A DNA stretch of 64,000 bases. Source: a virus. The stretch is from positions 61,415-125,414 of the IMG/VR virus record IMGVR_UViG_3300028909_000017, one strand, 5' to 3'. The position numbers and the translations under genes were made by a program. Positions 1 to 10,699 of the stretch are shown here, piece after piece. Numbering within the stretch: the first letter of the stretch is position 1; each line of letters begins with the position of its first letter. The notes under the pieces were generated by a model. It did no database searches. It was not told the origin of the DNA and saw only the letters and a list, made by a program, of their open reading frames with translations.

Positions 1-174
1 AACCGCCAGTTCAACCAAATAATGTTCTTTATCAACGAGGATTAGATTAAACGGAGGGTAATTGCTTTCCGGCAAATGAAGGTCGGAAAATTCATCAGCG
101 AATTTATCAAGTCCAATGAATAGTTTACGGAAGGTTGAATCAGAAAACGCAGGTGGAAGTAATAGTGTAGTCAT
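1..174 (-). CDS. Small heat-shock protein Hsp20/IbpA family, 5' part (runs off window)
   Basis: Manual translation MTTLLLPPAFSDSTFRKLFIGLDKFADEF...SNYPPFNLILVDKEHYLVELAV matches the IbpA-type N-terminus; AGGAG RBS upstream. Confidence 0.85.
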   Translation of the reverse strand, partial: MTTLLLPPAFSDSTFRKLFIGLDKFADEFSDLHLPESNYPPFNLILVDKEHYLVELAV

Positions 175-182
175 TTGTTTTT

Positions 183-245
183 CTCCTATGTACAGCGAGT
201 TTTAATTTTTGCTAGCCCTATCGGCACTAACAAACTTATTTATAC
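183..245 (-). promoter_or_regulatory. Late-type promoter (TATAAATA) plus ROSE-like RNA thermometer in hsp20 5' UTR
   Basis: Minus strand reads TATAAATA, a hairpin, then CTCGCT-GTACA-TAGGAG, where UCGCU pairs with the SD as in ROSE elements. Confidence 0.55.
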
Positions 246-272
246 TAATTATAATTTGTTTTTAAGTGTAAG

Positions 273-1493
273 TCAAGATTTTTTTGCAGCAGAATATAAT
301 TCTATCGATGGAATTTCACCGGATAATGTATTGGAATCAAAAATCATTTTGGAAATATTACGTGATTTATATTCAGATAGCAAATATAAATGTTCCATCA
401 TAACAGATTCACATAATGTTCTTAAACCACGCACACCGGTTTTTTCTTTTTTGGATTTTTCAGCAACGGATTGTATAAATTCCGAGGTGAATTCTAAATC
501 GATATTATCTATTTTAAAATAGAACTTGGTTTCATTCAATATACTATTATCTAATGTTGTTAGAATTTTTATTAATTCATCTACCGTTAACTCATTGGTA
601 TGCGTTTTAATAGGAAATCGACCAATAAATTCGGGAATTATCCCATATTCAATAAAATCATCGGACGAATATTCATTCACAACTTTTAATTTGGGTTGAT
701 TATTAAATCCAATACTCTTTTTTTGTTTTTCTTTAAGAGTAATAACATCTTTCATTCCAGAAAATGCTCCACCGGCAATGAAAAGTATATTTGTTGTGTC
801 GATTTCAACTGTCTGGGGAATTAATGATCTTTTAGATTCAGAACTTACAGGAATTCTTATTTTTGATCCTTCTACCATTTTTAATAATGCAGATTGAATG
901 CCGGCCACTTTGTTTTCGCCTGAACTGACTCTTCCGTGACCAATAGAAATTTTATCAATTTCATCTAAAAATACAATTCCATGTTCGACCGCATCAATAT
1001 CACCATTCGCTTCTAAAACTAATCTGGAAATAATACTATCGACATTTTCACCAATGTATCCAGCTTCAGTTAATGTGGTTGCATCAACGGTGATAAAAGG
1101 AACATTTAAAAATTTTGCAACCGTTCCGACTAATAAACTTTTTCCACTTCCACTCGGTCCAGTAATAATTAGATTACTTTTTTCGATTTTTGCATCTGAA
1201 TCATACAACATTCTTTTATAATGATTTGCAATAACAACACTAAGAGTTATTTTTGCTTCATTTTGTCCGACAATATATTTGTCCAAAAATTCACGAATTA
1301 GGATGGGATTTAAATGATCATTATTTATTTTTTCGGGTTTGTTTGTATCAGATTGATGTGTTGCTTTTGTTAATAGTTCGCTAAATTTTGAAATACATTT
1401 GTCACAAATTAAATTTTCACCAATGCCGATTAATTTCGCACTTTCTGATCTAGTTTTATGGCAAAAATTACACTTGACATTATTAGTAGCCAA
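273..1493 (-). CDS. clpX: ATP-dependent Clp protease ATP-binding subunit ClpX
   Basis: N-terminal CxxC...CxxC zinc finger, GPSGSGKS Walker A, DATTLTEAGYIGENV, FLDEIDK, GIIPEFIGRFP, GVRGLR. Confidence 0.95.
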   Translation of the reverse strand: MATNNVKCNFCHKTRSESAKLIGIGENLICDKCISKFSELLTKATHQSDTNKPEKINNDHLNPILIREFLDKYIVGQNEAKITLSVVIANHYKRMLYDSDAKIEKSNLIITGPSGSGKSLLVGTVAKFLNVPFITVDATTLTEAGYIGENVDSIISRLVLEANGDIDAVEHGIVFLDEIDKISIGHGRVSSGENKVAGIQSALLKMVEGSKIRIPVSSESKRSLIPQTVEIDTTNILFIAGGAFSGMKDVITLKEKQKKSIGFNNQPKLKVVNEYSSDDFIEYGIIPEFIGRFPIKTHTNELTVDELIKILTTLDNSILNETKFYFKIDNIDLEFTSEFIQSVAEKSKKEKTGVRGLRTLCESVMMEHLYLLSEYKSRNISKMIFDSNTLSGEIPSIELYSAAKKS

Positions 1494-1780
1494 TTAATTC
1501 TCCGGTTATAATTATATTTTAGAATACAAAAAAATATTTTTTAAATGGGAATCCGTTCCGTTTGTGGGCAATATACAACCATATCGATGCAACTACAATC
1601 AATAAGCACAATAATAAAATATAATGGTCTGTTATTTCACACAGGAAGGTTAATGATAAAAATAGTATTAACGGTAGTTGTTTAAGTAATGAAAAAATCA
1701 TGGTTGAAGATCTCGATAAGGGTATTATTTAACTCATATGTTTCATATACATATTTATCCCTTATGTTAAAAATTCAGAA

Positions 1781-2248
1781 TTAAGAAATTGGCCGAAAAT
1801 ATTCTTCCCAGGTATAGTTACATAATTTTTTGAATTGATCGATTTTCATAAATTCACTATATAAACCAGAATCACAACATATTAAAATACCAATACATTT
1901 TGCTTTGGGAGAGAATTTTTTAATAGAGGTAATTATTTCACATACAGTTTTACCTGAATCAATAAAATCATCCACAATAATATATTTTTTAGATTTTGAA
2001 AATCCTTCAACATCTTTGAGGCTATGAGAACCTGCGTTCTTTTTTCGTACCATAATCATGTTTTTATTTAATCGTAGGGCCATACTTGGTCCCAAAATAG
2101 TCCCACTCATTCCGCGGAAAGCAACACTATCATACGATAAATTAACAACACATTTTTTTGCTCGAATTAAAACCTTTCGAAGTGAACCAGGATCTAATAA
2201 TGCATCTAAATAAGAAGATTCAATATTGTCATTATCTAATCTTTTCAT
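1781..2248 (-). CDS. Type I phosphoribosyltransferase-fold protein
   Basis: PRPP-binding motif IIVDDFIDSGKT. Confidence 0.75.
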   Translation of the reverse strand: MKRLDNDNIESSYLDALLDPGSLRKVLIRAKKCVVNLSYDSVAFRGMSGTILGPSMALRLNKNMIMVRKKNAGSHSLKDVEGFSKSKKYIIVDDFIDSGKTVCEIITSIKKFSPKAKCIGILICCDSGLYSEFMKIDQFKKLCNYTWEEYFRPIS

Positions 2249-2249
2249 T

Positions 2250-3011
2250 CTACATCCTAACTAGAATGGCAGTTGCGTTATCATCTTTGGGAGTATTTTG
2301 AATAATTATATCGGCGGTTGTATCAGGATTATCAATTAGTTCAATCATATTATGAATTAATAAATCAGAATCGATATGTCCTGCATCAAAAATTCCATCT
2401 GAGCCACACAAAATCCAACTATTTTCATTAATTGGGATTTGAAAAACTTCAGGATTACGATTTAAAATTGAATTAAAATCGGCATCACCCAATGCTCGAC
2501 TCATTTGCAATCCGCCATACCACGGTTTACGAGAATCACCAAGATATCCTTGCATAATAAATCCAGGATATTTTGTTACTGCTTTTTTTGCTTCAGCGGG
2601 ATTTGACCGAACATTATGCTCGGGCGCAATCCAAATATTATTATTTGCATCTCGAATAATAACCGGGCTATCACCTAAAATTGCTACATGTGCAATAGTA
2701 TGAGACGAATTAATAAAGACTAATGAAGCAGTCGATCCACTAACCCTGGCCGGAAAACTTGTCAGCGTATTGAGTTTGCGAATGATTCTTTTTAGTATTG
2801 TTGATTCGGGCTCTTTTTTGAGTTTATCAAAAATTTGCGGCGAATAGAGGGCGCAAAATTCAGAAACATCCTCCCCGCCGTGCCCATCAAAAACACCCAG
2901 TAAAATGGTTGAGTTTACTTCATGAACGAAAAAATTATCTTCTTGATATGGGCGATTATTTTTTTCTGTTGCGGTTGTAATATTCATTTTTGTCCTAAGT
3001 AGAAAGCCCAA
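2250..3011 (-). CDS. PP2C-family Ser/Thr protein phosphatase
   Basis: RPYQED, VFDGHGG, GDS, MSRALGD, SDGIFD and DDNAT motifs. Confidence 0.9.
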   Translation of the reverse strand: MGFLLRTKMNITTATEKNNRPYQEDNFFVHEVNSTILLGVFDGHGGEDVSEFCALYSPQIFDKLKKEPESTILKRIIRKLNTLTSFPARVSGSTASLVFINSSHTIAHVAILGDSPVIIRDANNNIWIAPEHNVRSNPAEAKKAVTKYPGFIMQGYLGDSRKPWYGGLQMSRALGDADFNSILNRNPEVFQIPINENSWILCGSDGIFDAGHIDSDLLIHNMIELIDNPDTTADIIIQNTPKDDNATAILVRM

Positions 3012-3273
3012 TGATCATTAGTAAGTCTGGTGGATTGGGAATTTCAAAATATCCTTTTTTCTTCTTTTGATTTAATAAATCGTCGAAAATATTTTCGGCA
3101 TTATAAATTGAAGTCGGGGTGCCGGTTTTTGTTCCAAACTTTAAAGTTTTACCACGACGACCATATTGAAATTGGACCACATATTTATTATTTTCAACGC
3201 CAATAATCTGCAGGTGGTAAACCTTATCAGAAGTCCCTTTCGTGTTATGCAGGGAAATTGCTTTGTGAATCAT
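2995..3273 (-). CDS. WGR domain protein
   Basis: SDKVYHL...QYGRRG...QKKKKGY pattern. Confidence 0.8.
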   Translation of the reverse strand: MIHKAISLHNTKGTSDKVYHLQIIGVENNKYVVQFQYGRRGKTLKFGTKTGTPTSIYNAENIFDDLLNQKKKKGYFEIPNPPDLLMIIGLST

Positions 3274-4620
3274 TGTTATCCTTTGCTTTCTTCAAGATGA
3301 TGTTAATCCATAGCTGAATTATGCCCCATATTACAAAAATTACCAAGAAAAACCAATAAGATATATGCGCATTCAAAAATAGATTGGCAAAAAGAATTAA
3401 CGAGCAATTGACAATTATTAGATATGCGGTAATAAGAATACTTTTCATTTACGCTCGAAAAAATAACTCTTTCCATTGGTCAACGTCGAAAAATCCGGAA
3501 ATATAATCATTGATATACGCTACGGCGGGTGAAATGTACCATTCATATAAAAATGCGATATTTACCCACGAAGGACCATCAAGATCAAAATATATCGGCT
3601 GGGGAATAATGCGAAAAAATTGTAAAATAAAAAGAGAAGCCGAAACTAAAATTGCAGCAGAAATAATATCCTTTGACTTAAATGAAAACATATTTACCCT
3701 TTCTTAAGGTTGCTAGAGTTAAAATCATTGATAAGCCATCGATATGCACCAACATATGATGAAAATTTTGGAGAAATTTGAATATCTTCCGAGTTAATAA
3801 ATTTTGAAATACACCATTTATTCAACAAAATTCCGCATCTAACAATATTGAATTCTCGTTTGCCATCATAATATGGATTACAAAGTTTCTTCTTATTAAT
3901 TGTAATTCTTATGCTCATGTTGACAGCTTCATAATCATTAATTCATTTTTATATGCATTAAACAATTCTTCTAAATTCCATAACATTTGAATTGTACAAT
4001 CATTGTGAAGATTAATTATATCACAAATATTGTAAATGGTAACCCATTCTTTTGTTGTGTAATTTGTGCCTTTTGGCAAAGTTTCTGGACGTCTAAATGA
4101 TCTTCTATGAGTTAAAGGTTGACTACCGGTTAATAGAAGAATTAGTTTGCTTGCCTTTAAGACTCGTTCCTGCGCTGTACTTGTCGCCATTTTTATCGTC
4201 CGAAAAACCAATAAGGCAGTGTATTATCTCGTGAGCAAAAGAATGCAGTTGTTCGTTCAATGAATGTTGGTTCGGTATGATAGAATTGCTGATAGCGTTC
4301 TAGATAATATCGATATGTATCATTTGCTTGAATAATCATTTAATTTTCCAATCTGAAAAGAAATGCATCTTCTGGTTTTAGAATTGCAATTGTATACCAT
4401 GAATTTTGCAACTGCTCTTGAATAATTGAAATTTTCTTTAGCCAAGCAATTCCATATTTTTCAAAAATCCATTTATCATTTACGAAAATTAATTTTTTGA
4501 GTTCAGTCGGAAAAATGGCAAATGAATTTTTAAATCGTAATTTATTCAGGGTTGACTTTTTCAAAAAGTTCAATTCAACCAAATTAAAAACAGATGTCAT
4601 GTCTGGCATTATTTTTCCGA

Positions 4621-5241
4621 TCAGTTATTGTTTGGAAAACCGGATATAACCCGTATTAGATCAATTTGCGTGAGCAATACTTGTCGAATATTTTGATACG
4701 CGGATTCTTGCTCAGGAAAATTTTTACGTGCTTCTTTAAGCATGGGCAAAATATATTCCTCGGTTTCAGAAATATATGCCGATTGTTTTTCACGAGTAAA
4801 TACGCCTTGCATACGCTGATGATTATGAATTCGATCGATACCTTTGTTTAAACTTGCAATTGGATCAAACTGCATTTCGTGATAATAGCTTGCAGTCGGC
4901 TTTTTAATTCCGGATATCTGATTGGTCATCAATTCAACCGAATGACCAACTCGTCTTCCAAACAAATTAACGATTTCCTGGTTACTAACACCGTAATCTT
5001 CGCATACATCATGCAACCAGATCGTTGTCATCGTTTCTTCCGGATATTTAAAATCCTTTATTAAAGTTCGAGCATAATTTGCTTGGGATACCTGATGTTG
5101 AAATTCGGGTGTTACATTATCCTTACGAAAACCAATGTGCTTTTTACTGGCAAAATTCATTGCTCTCAATGCGTTATGAAAGCCACGGCCGACTTGCCAA
5201 TATTGAATAGCAATACGCAGTTTTTCGTAATTTTGAATCAT
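4621..5241 (-). CDS. HD-domain hydrolase, RelA/SpoT (Mesh1/SAH)-like
   Basis: FASKKHIGFRKD..TPEFQH, LHDVCED, KGIDRIHN; start moved to MIQNYE, downstream of the promoter. Confidence 0.75.
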   Translation of the reverse strand: MIQNYEKLRIAIQYWQVGRGFHNALRAMNFASKKHIGFRKDNVTPEFQHQVSQANYARTLIKDFKYPEETMTTIWLHDVCEDYGVSNQEIVNLFGRRVGHSVELMTNQISGIKKPTASYYHEMQFDPIASLNKGIDRIHNHQRMQGVFTREKQSAYISETEEYILPMLKEARKNFPEQESAYQNIRQVLLTQIDLIRVISGFPNNN

Positions 5242-5267
5242 TATGCTCTCTTTCCAGCAACAAATTA

Positions 5268-5296
5268 AGTATATCAAACGTGAATCGGGAAGTCAA
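5268..5296 (-). promoter_or_regulatory. sigma70-type promoter
   Basis: TTGACT-17-TATACT. Confidence 0.7.
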
Positions 5297-5602
5297 CCGT
5301 TATTTAAGATTCAGTGCTTCAAGAGAAATTATTGCGGCAAATATTTCTTCATCGCCAATACCTTTCGACCGTAAATCATTAAGAATATCGAGCGCTTCTT
5401 TTGCCGAATTATTGAGGCAAATATAATGAAGTGCAAGGTCTCTGGTGTCAAATTTGGCGATAAATTGATTCTTGTCGTCAAATACTGTGTGTCCGATGTT
5501 GTACAATTTTTGCCCTTCTTTCAAGTTCAAATATAGTATAGCAAACCTAGAACCGTTTGTCAAGAGAAATTTTAAGTTGTTGAAATGATGGAATTTATCA
5601 TT

Positions 5603-6385
5603 TTAAATTGTTCGTAGTGAATCTGCTAACTTGGAATTGTCCTTAACCAAGTAGCTTTTACCATCTGTCCAACATTCACGGTTGGTTGGTATTTTAACTA
5701 TATTTTTGATGGTTGTCAAATGAAAATTATTTCGAGTCGGTGACAACATTAAATTGAAAAATTTTAAAAAATCATCTGATGTTTTACACAATTGCAAACG
5801 ATCTATCATTTCTAGAGATAATTTCCAGGCACCCAAAGTAGCTATCAATTGGGCTTTATGCTGAACGCACGATGATATTAATGCGTTAAAACTATTAGAT
5901 GAAAGTCCACTTTGTTGTAGGGCCTCATTAAAGTCGGATGGACCGTCATCATTTAAATCAATTAGAGATTGCGACCACATATCATTATGAGAGCAGATAC
6001 CAATTTTTGAACCATTAACGGGAAATATAATATATAAACCACCAAACATACCGGAATAATTTCCAGCAACCATACTATTTGTTGTGCAAATTAAACTTGA
6101 ATCCCTTCGAGGAAATCTACGCCAACTCGGCAAATTACTGAATAATAATGTATAGTAATTTGATGTATTTGCGCTTTTTCTTTTGGACAATTTTGGATCA
6201 GTAATCCATATATCAGGAAATTTACCATTAAATCCTTTGTATAATGCTCTTTTATCCTGAACAAACGATTGAAATGCATCCGAACATTCTGTCTTAATTA
6301 TATTAAGTAATTCTTTCGGGTTACGTTTAGAAGTATCGATAATTCGTTTATCTGGTTCTTTAATTAATATTTCGTTAATTTTCAT
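5603..6385 (-). CDS. Hypothetical protein with MKINEI N-terminus, possibly ADP-ribosyltransferase fold
   Basis: Shared N-terminal motif; LYKG / SxICT / ECW spacing resembles R-S-E ARTs (weak). Confidence 0.4.
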   Translation of the reverse strand: MKINEILIKEPDKRIIDTSKRNPKELLNIIKTECSDAFQSFVQDKRALYKGFNGKFPDIWITDPKLSKRKSANTSNYYTLLFSNLPSWRRFPRRDSSLICTTNSMVAGNYSGMFGGLYIIFPVNGSKIGICSHNDMWSQSLIDLNDDGPSDFNEALQQSGLSSNSFNALISSCVQHKAQLIATLGAWKLSLEMIDRLQLCKTSDDFLKFFNLMLSPTRNNFHLTTIKNIVKIPTNRECWTDGKSYLVKDNSKLADSLRTI

Positions 6386-6406
6386 TGAGTAATCGCCACC
6401 AATAAG

Positions 6407-7090
6407 TTAAGTTCTTATTGTATTTATTTCCTTAAGCAAATTTTTCTTAGCTTGATTTTCCCATAGTAATTGTGAAATAGGTGATCTAAACAATGGTGTT
6501 TTCTGAAAAAATTTATTCAAAAATTCTTTGCGATTTTTATTAAATTCGACGTCTGAAACAAAAGAAAATTCTTTTCGAATATTTGTGGTATTTGTTGAAA
6601 ATTGTTCCCATTCGGCGCCCAAACCACATAAATCTAAATCAATAAATAAGTTAAAATCTGTCAAAAATCCATCATAGTAATCTAATTTTGGTTTAGCGTT
6701 AAGATGATCAGCCGTGCCTATAATCATATTTTCAACGACGGATACTTCCCAATTTGTTTCAAATTTATTATTTTGTAAAAATAATTGACAACTTTCGAAG
6801 ACATTAATAGAATCTTTTTGACAGTTTCCATCGGGCAATTGAGTTTTATAGATAGAATCATGCCAGAAAATAGCAGTTGCAATTAAATCGAATTGAACAG
6901 TCTGATTTTTTAATACATCTAATTTTCTTAACATATTTTCAATATGTTCCCAGGTATGATATGCTCGATGAGATTCAGAATAATTACGATTAAGAATATC
7001 CCATGATTCGGATTTATTTGAGACAGATAATTCATCCCATTTATTTTCGATATATTTAAGGTCAAACATTTCTATTCCTTTTTCTTTCAT
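6407..7090 (-). CDS. Predicted HD-superfamily metal-dependent hydrolase
   Basis: YSESHRAYHTWEHI, FWHDSIY, DLDL..LG, IRKEF motifs. Confidence 0.8.
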   Translation of the reverse strand: MKEKGIEMFDLKYIENKWDELSVSNKSESWDILNRNYSESHRAYHTWEHIENMLRKLDVLKNQTVQFDLIATAIFWHDSIYKTQLPDGNCQKDSINVFESCQLFLQNNKFETNWEVSVVENMIIGTADHLNAKPKLDYYDGFLTDFNLFIDLDLCGLGAEWEQFSTNTTNIRKEFSFVSDVEFNKNRKEFLNKFFQKTPLFRSPISQLLWENQAKKNLLKEINTIRT

Positions 7091-7537
7091 CTTTGCAAGA
7101 TTCGCACATATTTTCGTAAATAAAATTTTGGGCTTTTAATTCGGAAGAAAATCCTTTAATTGATTGGGTATTGATCATATAAGCAACAGGCCACGAACAT
7201 TTTAACAATACCTCCACCAGGTTTTACATTTTGAACATGTATATCCATTACCTTTAAAAATAGGGTGTACGGTAGTTCCGACATTATTCTTAATACAACC
7301 CCAATGAAAAATTAGGCAAATTAATCGTTTCATTTTTACCGTTCCACATGCTCTCTTGTATTTAAAATATTCTTTACGTTTTCATAGTATTCGTTAAAGA
7401 TGCGGTCCTCATTATCTAGCGGGGTATCACTTCTACCATAAAATGAAATTCTTCCAATAATCGGATTCAATGCTCGTTTGAGATTTAAAAGTCGGGCAGT
7501 TGTTAATTTTTGAAGTTGTTCAACTGTTAGTAAATTT

Positions 7538-8011
7538 TCACTTCTCATATTTTCCTTTCCTTTCATGCCATTCACGTTCATCAGCACATATATAAACATC
7601 ATCGTCTGTAATAGGAATATACGGTGGCCAATGAATATCTAATAAAACGTCTGCACACCGTGGACAAATTCGATGTTGGGGCAATGGCCAATATGGATGG
7701 CTAGCAACATCTACCGTGAATCGTTTACAACGATTGCATTTTTCTCCTTGAGCCGGTTGAATTTCAACATTTAATTCTTCGGATGATTCTTTAAGTTCAA
7801 CCTGTGAAACTTGATACATTTCTGGTAATCCGGGTAGAAGATCAAATAACTTTTCAATATCATTTACCGATCCCGAAATGATAATTCTTGCATCACTTGA
7901 TTTACCGATTAATTTTGCTTCTCGAGCAAGTTCAAGATTCTTAAGAACAATTGGTCGAACCGTGTTAATGGCCCAATCTAAATTTGGAAACATATCAGAT
8001 AATGATTTCAT
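7538..8011 (-). CDS. Stand-alone isoleucyl-tRNA synthetase C-terminal/zinc-finger domain
   Basis: LELAREAKLIGKSSDA...VSQV...AQGEKCNRC...ICPRCADVL matches the IleRS type-1 C-terminus. Confidence 0.75.
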   Translation of the reverse strand: MKSLSDMFPNLDWAINTVRPIVLKNLELAREAKLIGKSSDARIIISGSVNDIEKLFDLLPGLPEMYQVSQVELKESSEELNVEIQPAQGEKCNRCKRFTVDVASHPYWPLPQHRICPRCADVLLDIHWPPYIPITDDDVYICADEREWHERKGKYEK

Positions 8012-9083
8012 ATTTTTAACTTTCTTTTTCCATTGGATTTTTTGGTAAAGAATTTTTTCGACGCATGGAATGCATAGTCGTGATATCGGTTAAAATAAAC
8101 CAAATTAACCACCAATAAGATCCATGAATATATCCGAGAATATTTGCAAAGAAAAATAATGGAGAAAAAATCGGAAAAGCAAATAAAAATTTATCTTTGA
8201 TGTGCTTTTGAATAATTCCAAAAGAAAAATGATCACAGATAAAAAATAGCAGGAGCCACCAGAATGATATATGAATAATTCCGGTAAATGTTGCAAGCAA
8301 AAATACTTCACTGAAATATGGAAATGCAAAAGTAATATTTTTCATTGTGAACCCTTTCTAGTAATGTTGAATAACTATTTCGTCATTTAAAGTCAAAATT
8401 TTCATTCTATAATTTTCCTTAACAAATTCAGAAAATTCCGGGCACCAATCAGATTGATTATATTCAGCCCATTCACTATTGGTGATTGTTAATTCTACAA
8501 TTTCACCAATGGGATGGTTGCCATATCGATCTTTATACTCTTTATTTCTGCGCCTTACATATAAAGAAACAGTTTCTTGGGGCTCATATGCAGGAGCGGT
8601 ACCTTTAAAATTATCTCGAGTTGATAATTGAATAACGGCCTTATCACCATTTTTTACAATGTTGCAAAAGTTTTTAGCTAGAATAGACATTTTATCCTCT
8701 GAGAACCATTTTTGTTCCATCTTCTTTAACGAAAACGGAGATATGTGTATTGTATACAGTTCGAAGCCCTCTTAATTCGGCCAAATAATTTCTCAGTTCT
8801 AAATTTTCGTGGGAATATTTAGCGATTAATTCATCAAGGTGTTCATCAATTTTCATATGGATTCACCGTTCGTCATCATATGCGCCCCTCTCATAATGTT
8901 CTTCATTATATCCATCTCGGTCAAAACCATGTTCATCATACCCGTAAGAATCGAAGCCATCACGGTCATAAAGATCATCTTCATGCTCACAATTGCTGTG
9001 AAACCAATTTTGATCTTGTTCATATAAATCAAACACAGTTGGAGAATATTTTGCAATCGACATATGAATACCTCACTATTTAA

Positions 9084-9128
9084 AGTATAGCAAAATGAGC
9101 AAGGTTTTGTCAACCTTGCTCATTTTAA
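9084..9128 (-). terminator. Intrinsic terminator ending the Ser/Cys tRNA array, overlapping a sigma70 promoter
   Basis: AAAATGAGCAAGGTT-loop-AACCTTGCTCATTTT hairpin; TTGACA-18-TATACT at 9084-9113. Confidence 0.7.
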
Positions 9129-9134
9129 AGTAGT

Positions 9135-9226
9135 TGGAGTCACTGGAGAGATTCGAACTCGCAAAATTACTTTCGTAATTCTAACGGTTTTGCAGACCGC
9201 GGGCTTGCCATTTTGCCTTCAGTGAC
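9135..9226 (-). tRNA. tRNA-Cys(GCA) with long variable arm
   Basis: GTCACTG/CAGTGAC acceptor, U73, CCA, CT-GCA-AA loop, 8-bp variable stem with GAAA loop. Confidence 0.85.
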
Positions 9227-9237
9227 CCAAAAATCAG

Positions 9238-9329
9238 CGGAAGTGGTAGGATTTGAACCTACGAAACCTGCTCTTCACAAGTTTATTGATTTTCAAGATT
9301 AACGCCTTCAACCACTCGGCCACACTTCC
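9238..9329 (-). tRNA. tRNA-Ser(TGA)
   Basis: Cloverleaf, CT-TGA-AA, long variable arm, G73. Confidence 0.9.
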
Positions 9330-9335
9330 AAATTT

Positions 9336-9425
9336 CGGATGGGGTGGGATTCGAACCCACGAAACCCATTAAATAGGTTTGATAGTTTTCGAGACTATTG
9401 TCGTAAACCACTTGACTACCCATCC
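9336..9425 (-). tRNA. tRNA-Ser(CGA)
   Basis: Cloverleaf, CT-CGA-AA, long variable arm, G73. Confidence 0.9.
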
Positions 9426-9455
9426 ATGAAACATATTTCCTAATACTAATCTTTT

Positions 9456-9547
9456 CGGAGAGTACTCGACTTGAACGAGTACATGTCGATGTTATCAACA
9501 TGAGCCGGTTTTCCAAACCGGGGCGATACCATTCCGCTCAACTCTCC
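9456..9547 (-). tRNA. tRNA-Ser(GGA)
   Basis: Cloverleaf, TT-GGA-AA, long variable arm, G73. Confidence 0.9.
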
Positions 9548-9659
9548 ATTTTGATTCCCTTTGCAACATTCTTGATTATGCTGAAATAGCCGGGGGAAGT
9601 AATGGCATTCGCATTCGCAAATTTTTTGATCTGTCATTCTTTTTCTCCTTTTTTAAGAT

Positions 9660-9746
9660 CGGATAGTGCAAGATTCGAACTTGCGAAACCTTTCGGTTTA
9701 ACACCTTAGCAGGGTGTCGATATAAGCCAGACTCATCCAACTATCC
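9660..9746 (-). tRNA. tRNA-Ser(GCT)
   Basis: Cloverleaf, CT-GCT-AA, long variable arm, G73. Confidence 0.9.
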
Positions 9747-10061
9747 ATAAGTTTACTTTCTGATTTTATTTCTTTCTCGGTCAAAAATTTCTGTACTATC
9801 AGGTGAGATTTCACCACTTTGAATTAATGTACGGGCCCCACCCAAATCGTGACACTTTCTCCTTGCCAATTCATTATCAATATTTTTCTTTTGGGACTGT
9901 AATGAATTTCTTTCAGTGATTAATTCTTTTAATTGATTTTCCAAAGAATTAATTGATTCATTGAGTCTATTAATTTCATTTGAAAACCGAACACCTTCTT
10001 GACATAACGTGCCGAGTGTGATATTTTCGTGCATTATTGTTACCTTTCTTTAATTGTTGGG

Positions 10062-10133
10062 CAGGAGAGCCGATGGTCGAAATCGGAAGTTCGGTTTTGG
10101 AGACCGACAGTTTGCCACTTAGCTTACTCTCCT
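10062..10133 (-). tRNA. tRNA-Trp(CCA)
   Basis: AGGAGAG/CTCTCCT acceptor, CT-CCA-AA, G73. Confidence 0.9.
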
Positions 10134-10142
10134 ACGAATTGT

Positions 10143-10227
10143 TGGTAGCCCCACTCAGATTTGAACTGAGACGCCTTAAAGACATTAGTTCCTAAGACTA
10201 ACGTGTCTTCCGTTCCACCATGGGGCC
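10143..10227 (-). tRNA. tRNA-Leu(TAG)
   Basis: Cloverleaf, CT-TAG-GA, variable arm, A73-CCA. Confidence 0.9.
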
Positions 10228-10255
10228 ACGTTTAAAAATATACTTCGAATAATTT

Positions 10256-10351
10256 TGGTGCAAGCAACTGGTGTCGAACCAGCAATATTAACTCACTATG
10301 GAGGACAGATTTACAGTCTGCTGCGACTAACCAACTATTCGCCTTACTTGC
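10256..10351 (-). tRNA. tRNA-Tyr(GTA)
   Basis: Cloverleaf, CT-GTA-AA, long variable region, A73-CCA. Confidence 0.85.
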
Positions 10352-10369
10352 ATTTACAACTAAACTTTT

Positions 10370-10447
10370 TGGTGCCCGGAGTGGAACTCGAATCCACACT
10401 GGAAGGATTTTGAGTCCTTTGCCTCCTGCCAATTGGGCTACCCGGGC
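10370..10447 (-). tRNA. tRNA-Leu(CAA), short variable loop
   Basis: Cloverleaf, CT-CAA-AA, 5-nt variable loop, A73-CCA. Confidence 0.9.
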
Positions 10448-10454
10448 ACAATAT

Positions 10455-10489
10455 AAAAACCCTGAATGATTATGTCATCCAGGGTTTTT
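10455..10489 (-). terminator. Attenuator terminator 1
   Basis: AAAAACCCTGGATGA-CATAA-TCATTCAGGGTTTTT ends 7 nt before tRNA-Leu(CAA). Confidence 0.85.
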
Positions 10490-10511
10490 GTTTTCCGATT
10501 TAACATCGATT

Positions 10512-10601
10512 TTAACAATTACCTGGACGCATCAAACTCCAATAGAGCAGAGAATAATCTAATGAACATAAACTTGCCGAATTGGATTTTGAAAAAGTCA
10601 T
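10512..10601 (-). CDS. Attenuator leader peptide 1 (MTFSKSNSASLCSLDYSLLYWSLMRPGNC)
   Basis: 29-aa ORF with AGGA RBS; contains CGTCCAGG, complementary to the terminator 5' arm. Confidence 0.75.
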   Translation of the reverse strand: MTFSKSNSASLCSLDYSLLYWSLMRPGNC

Positions 10602-10699
10602 TTTATTTCCTAAATTAAACGTGTGTTACTGTTCGCTTTTGATTATCATTAATTTACATTACTGATCGCTGTTTCACTTATTAATCAACTACATTATTT

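Noticed and set aside
208-232. CIRCE operator upstream of hsp20
   Set aside because: An inverted repeat is present but does not match TTAGCACTC-N9-GAGTGCTAA; it is better read as a leader hairpin.
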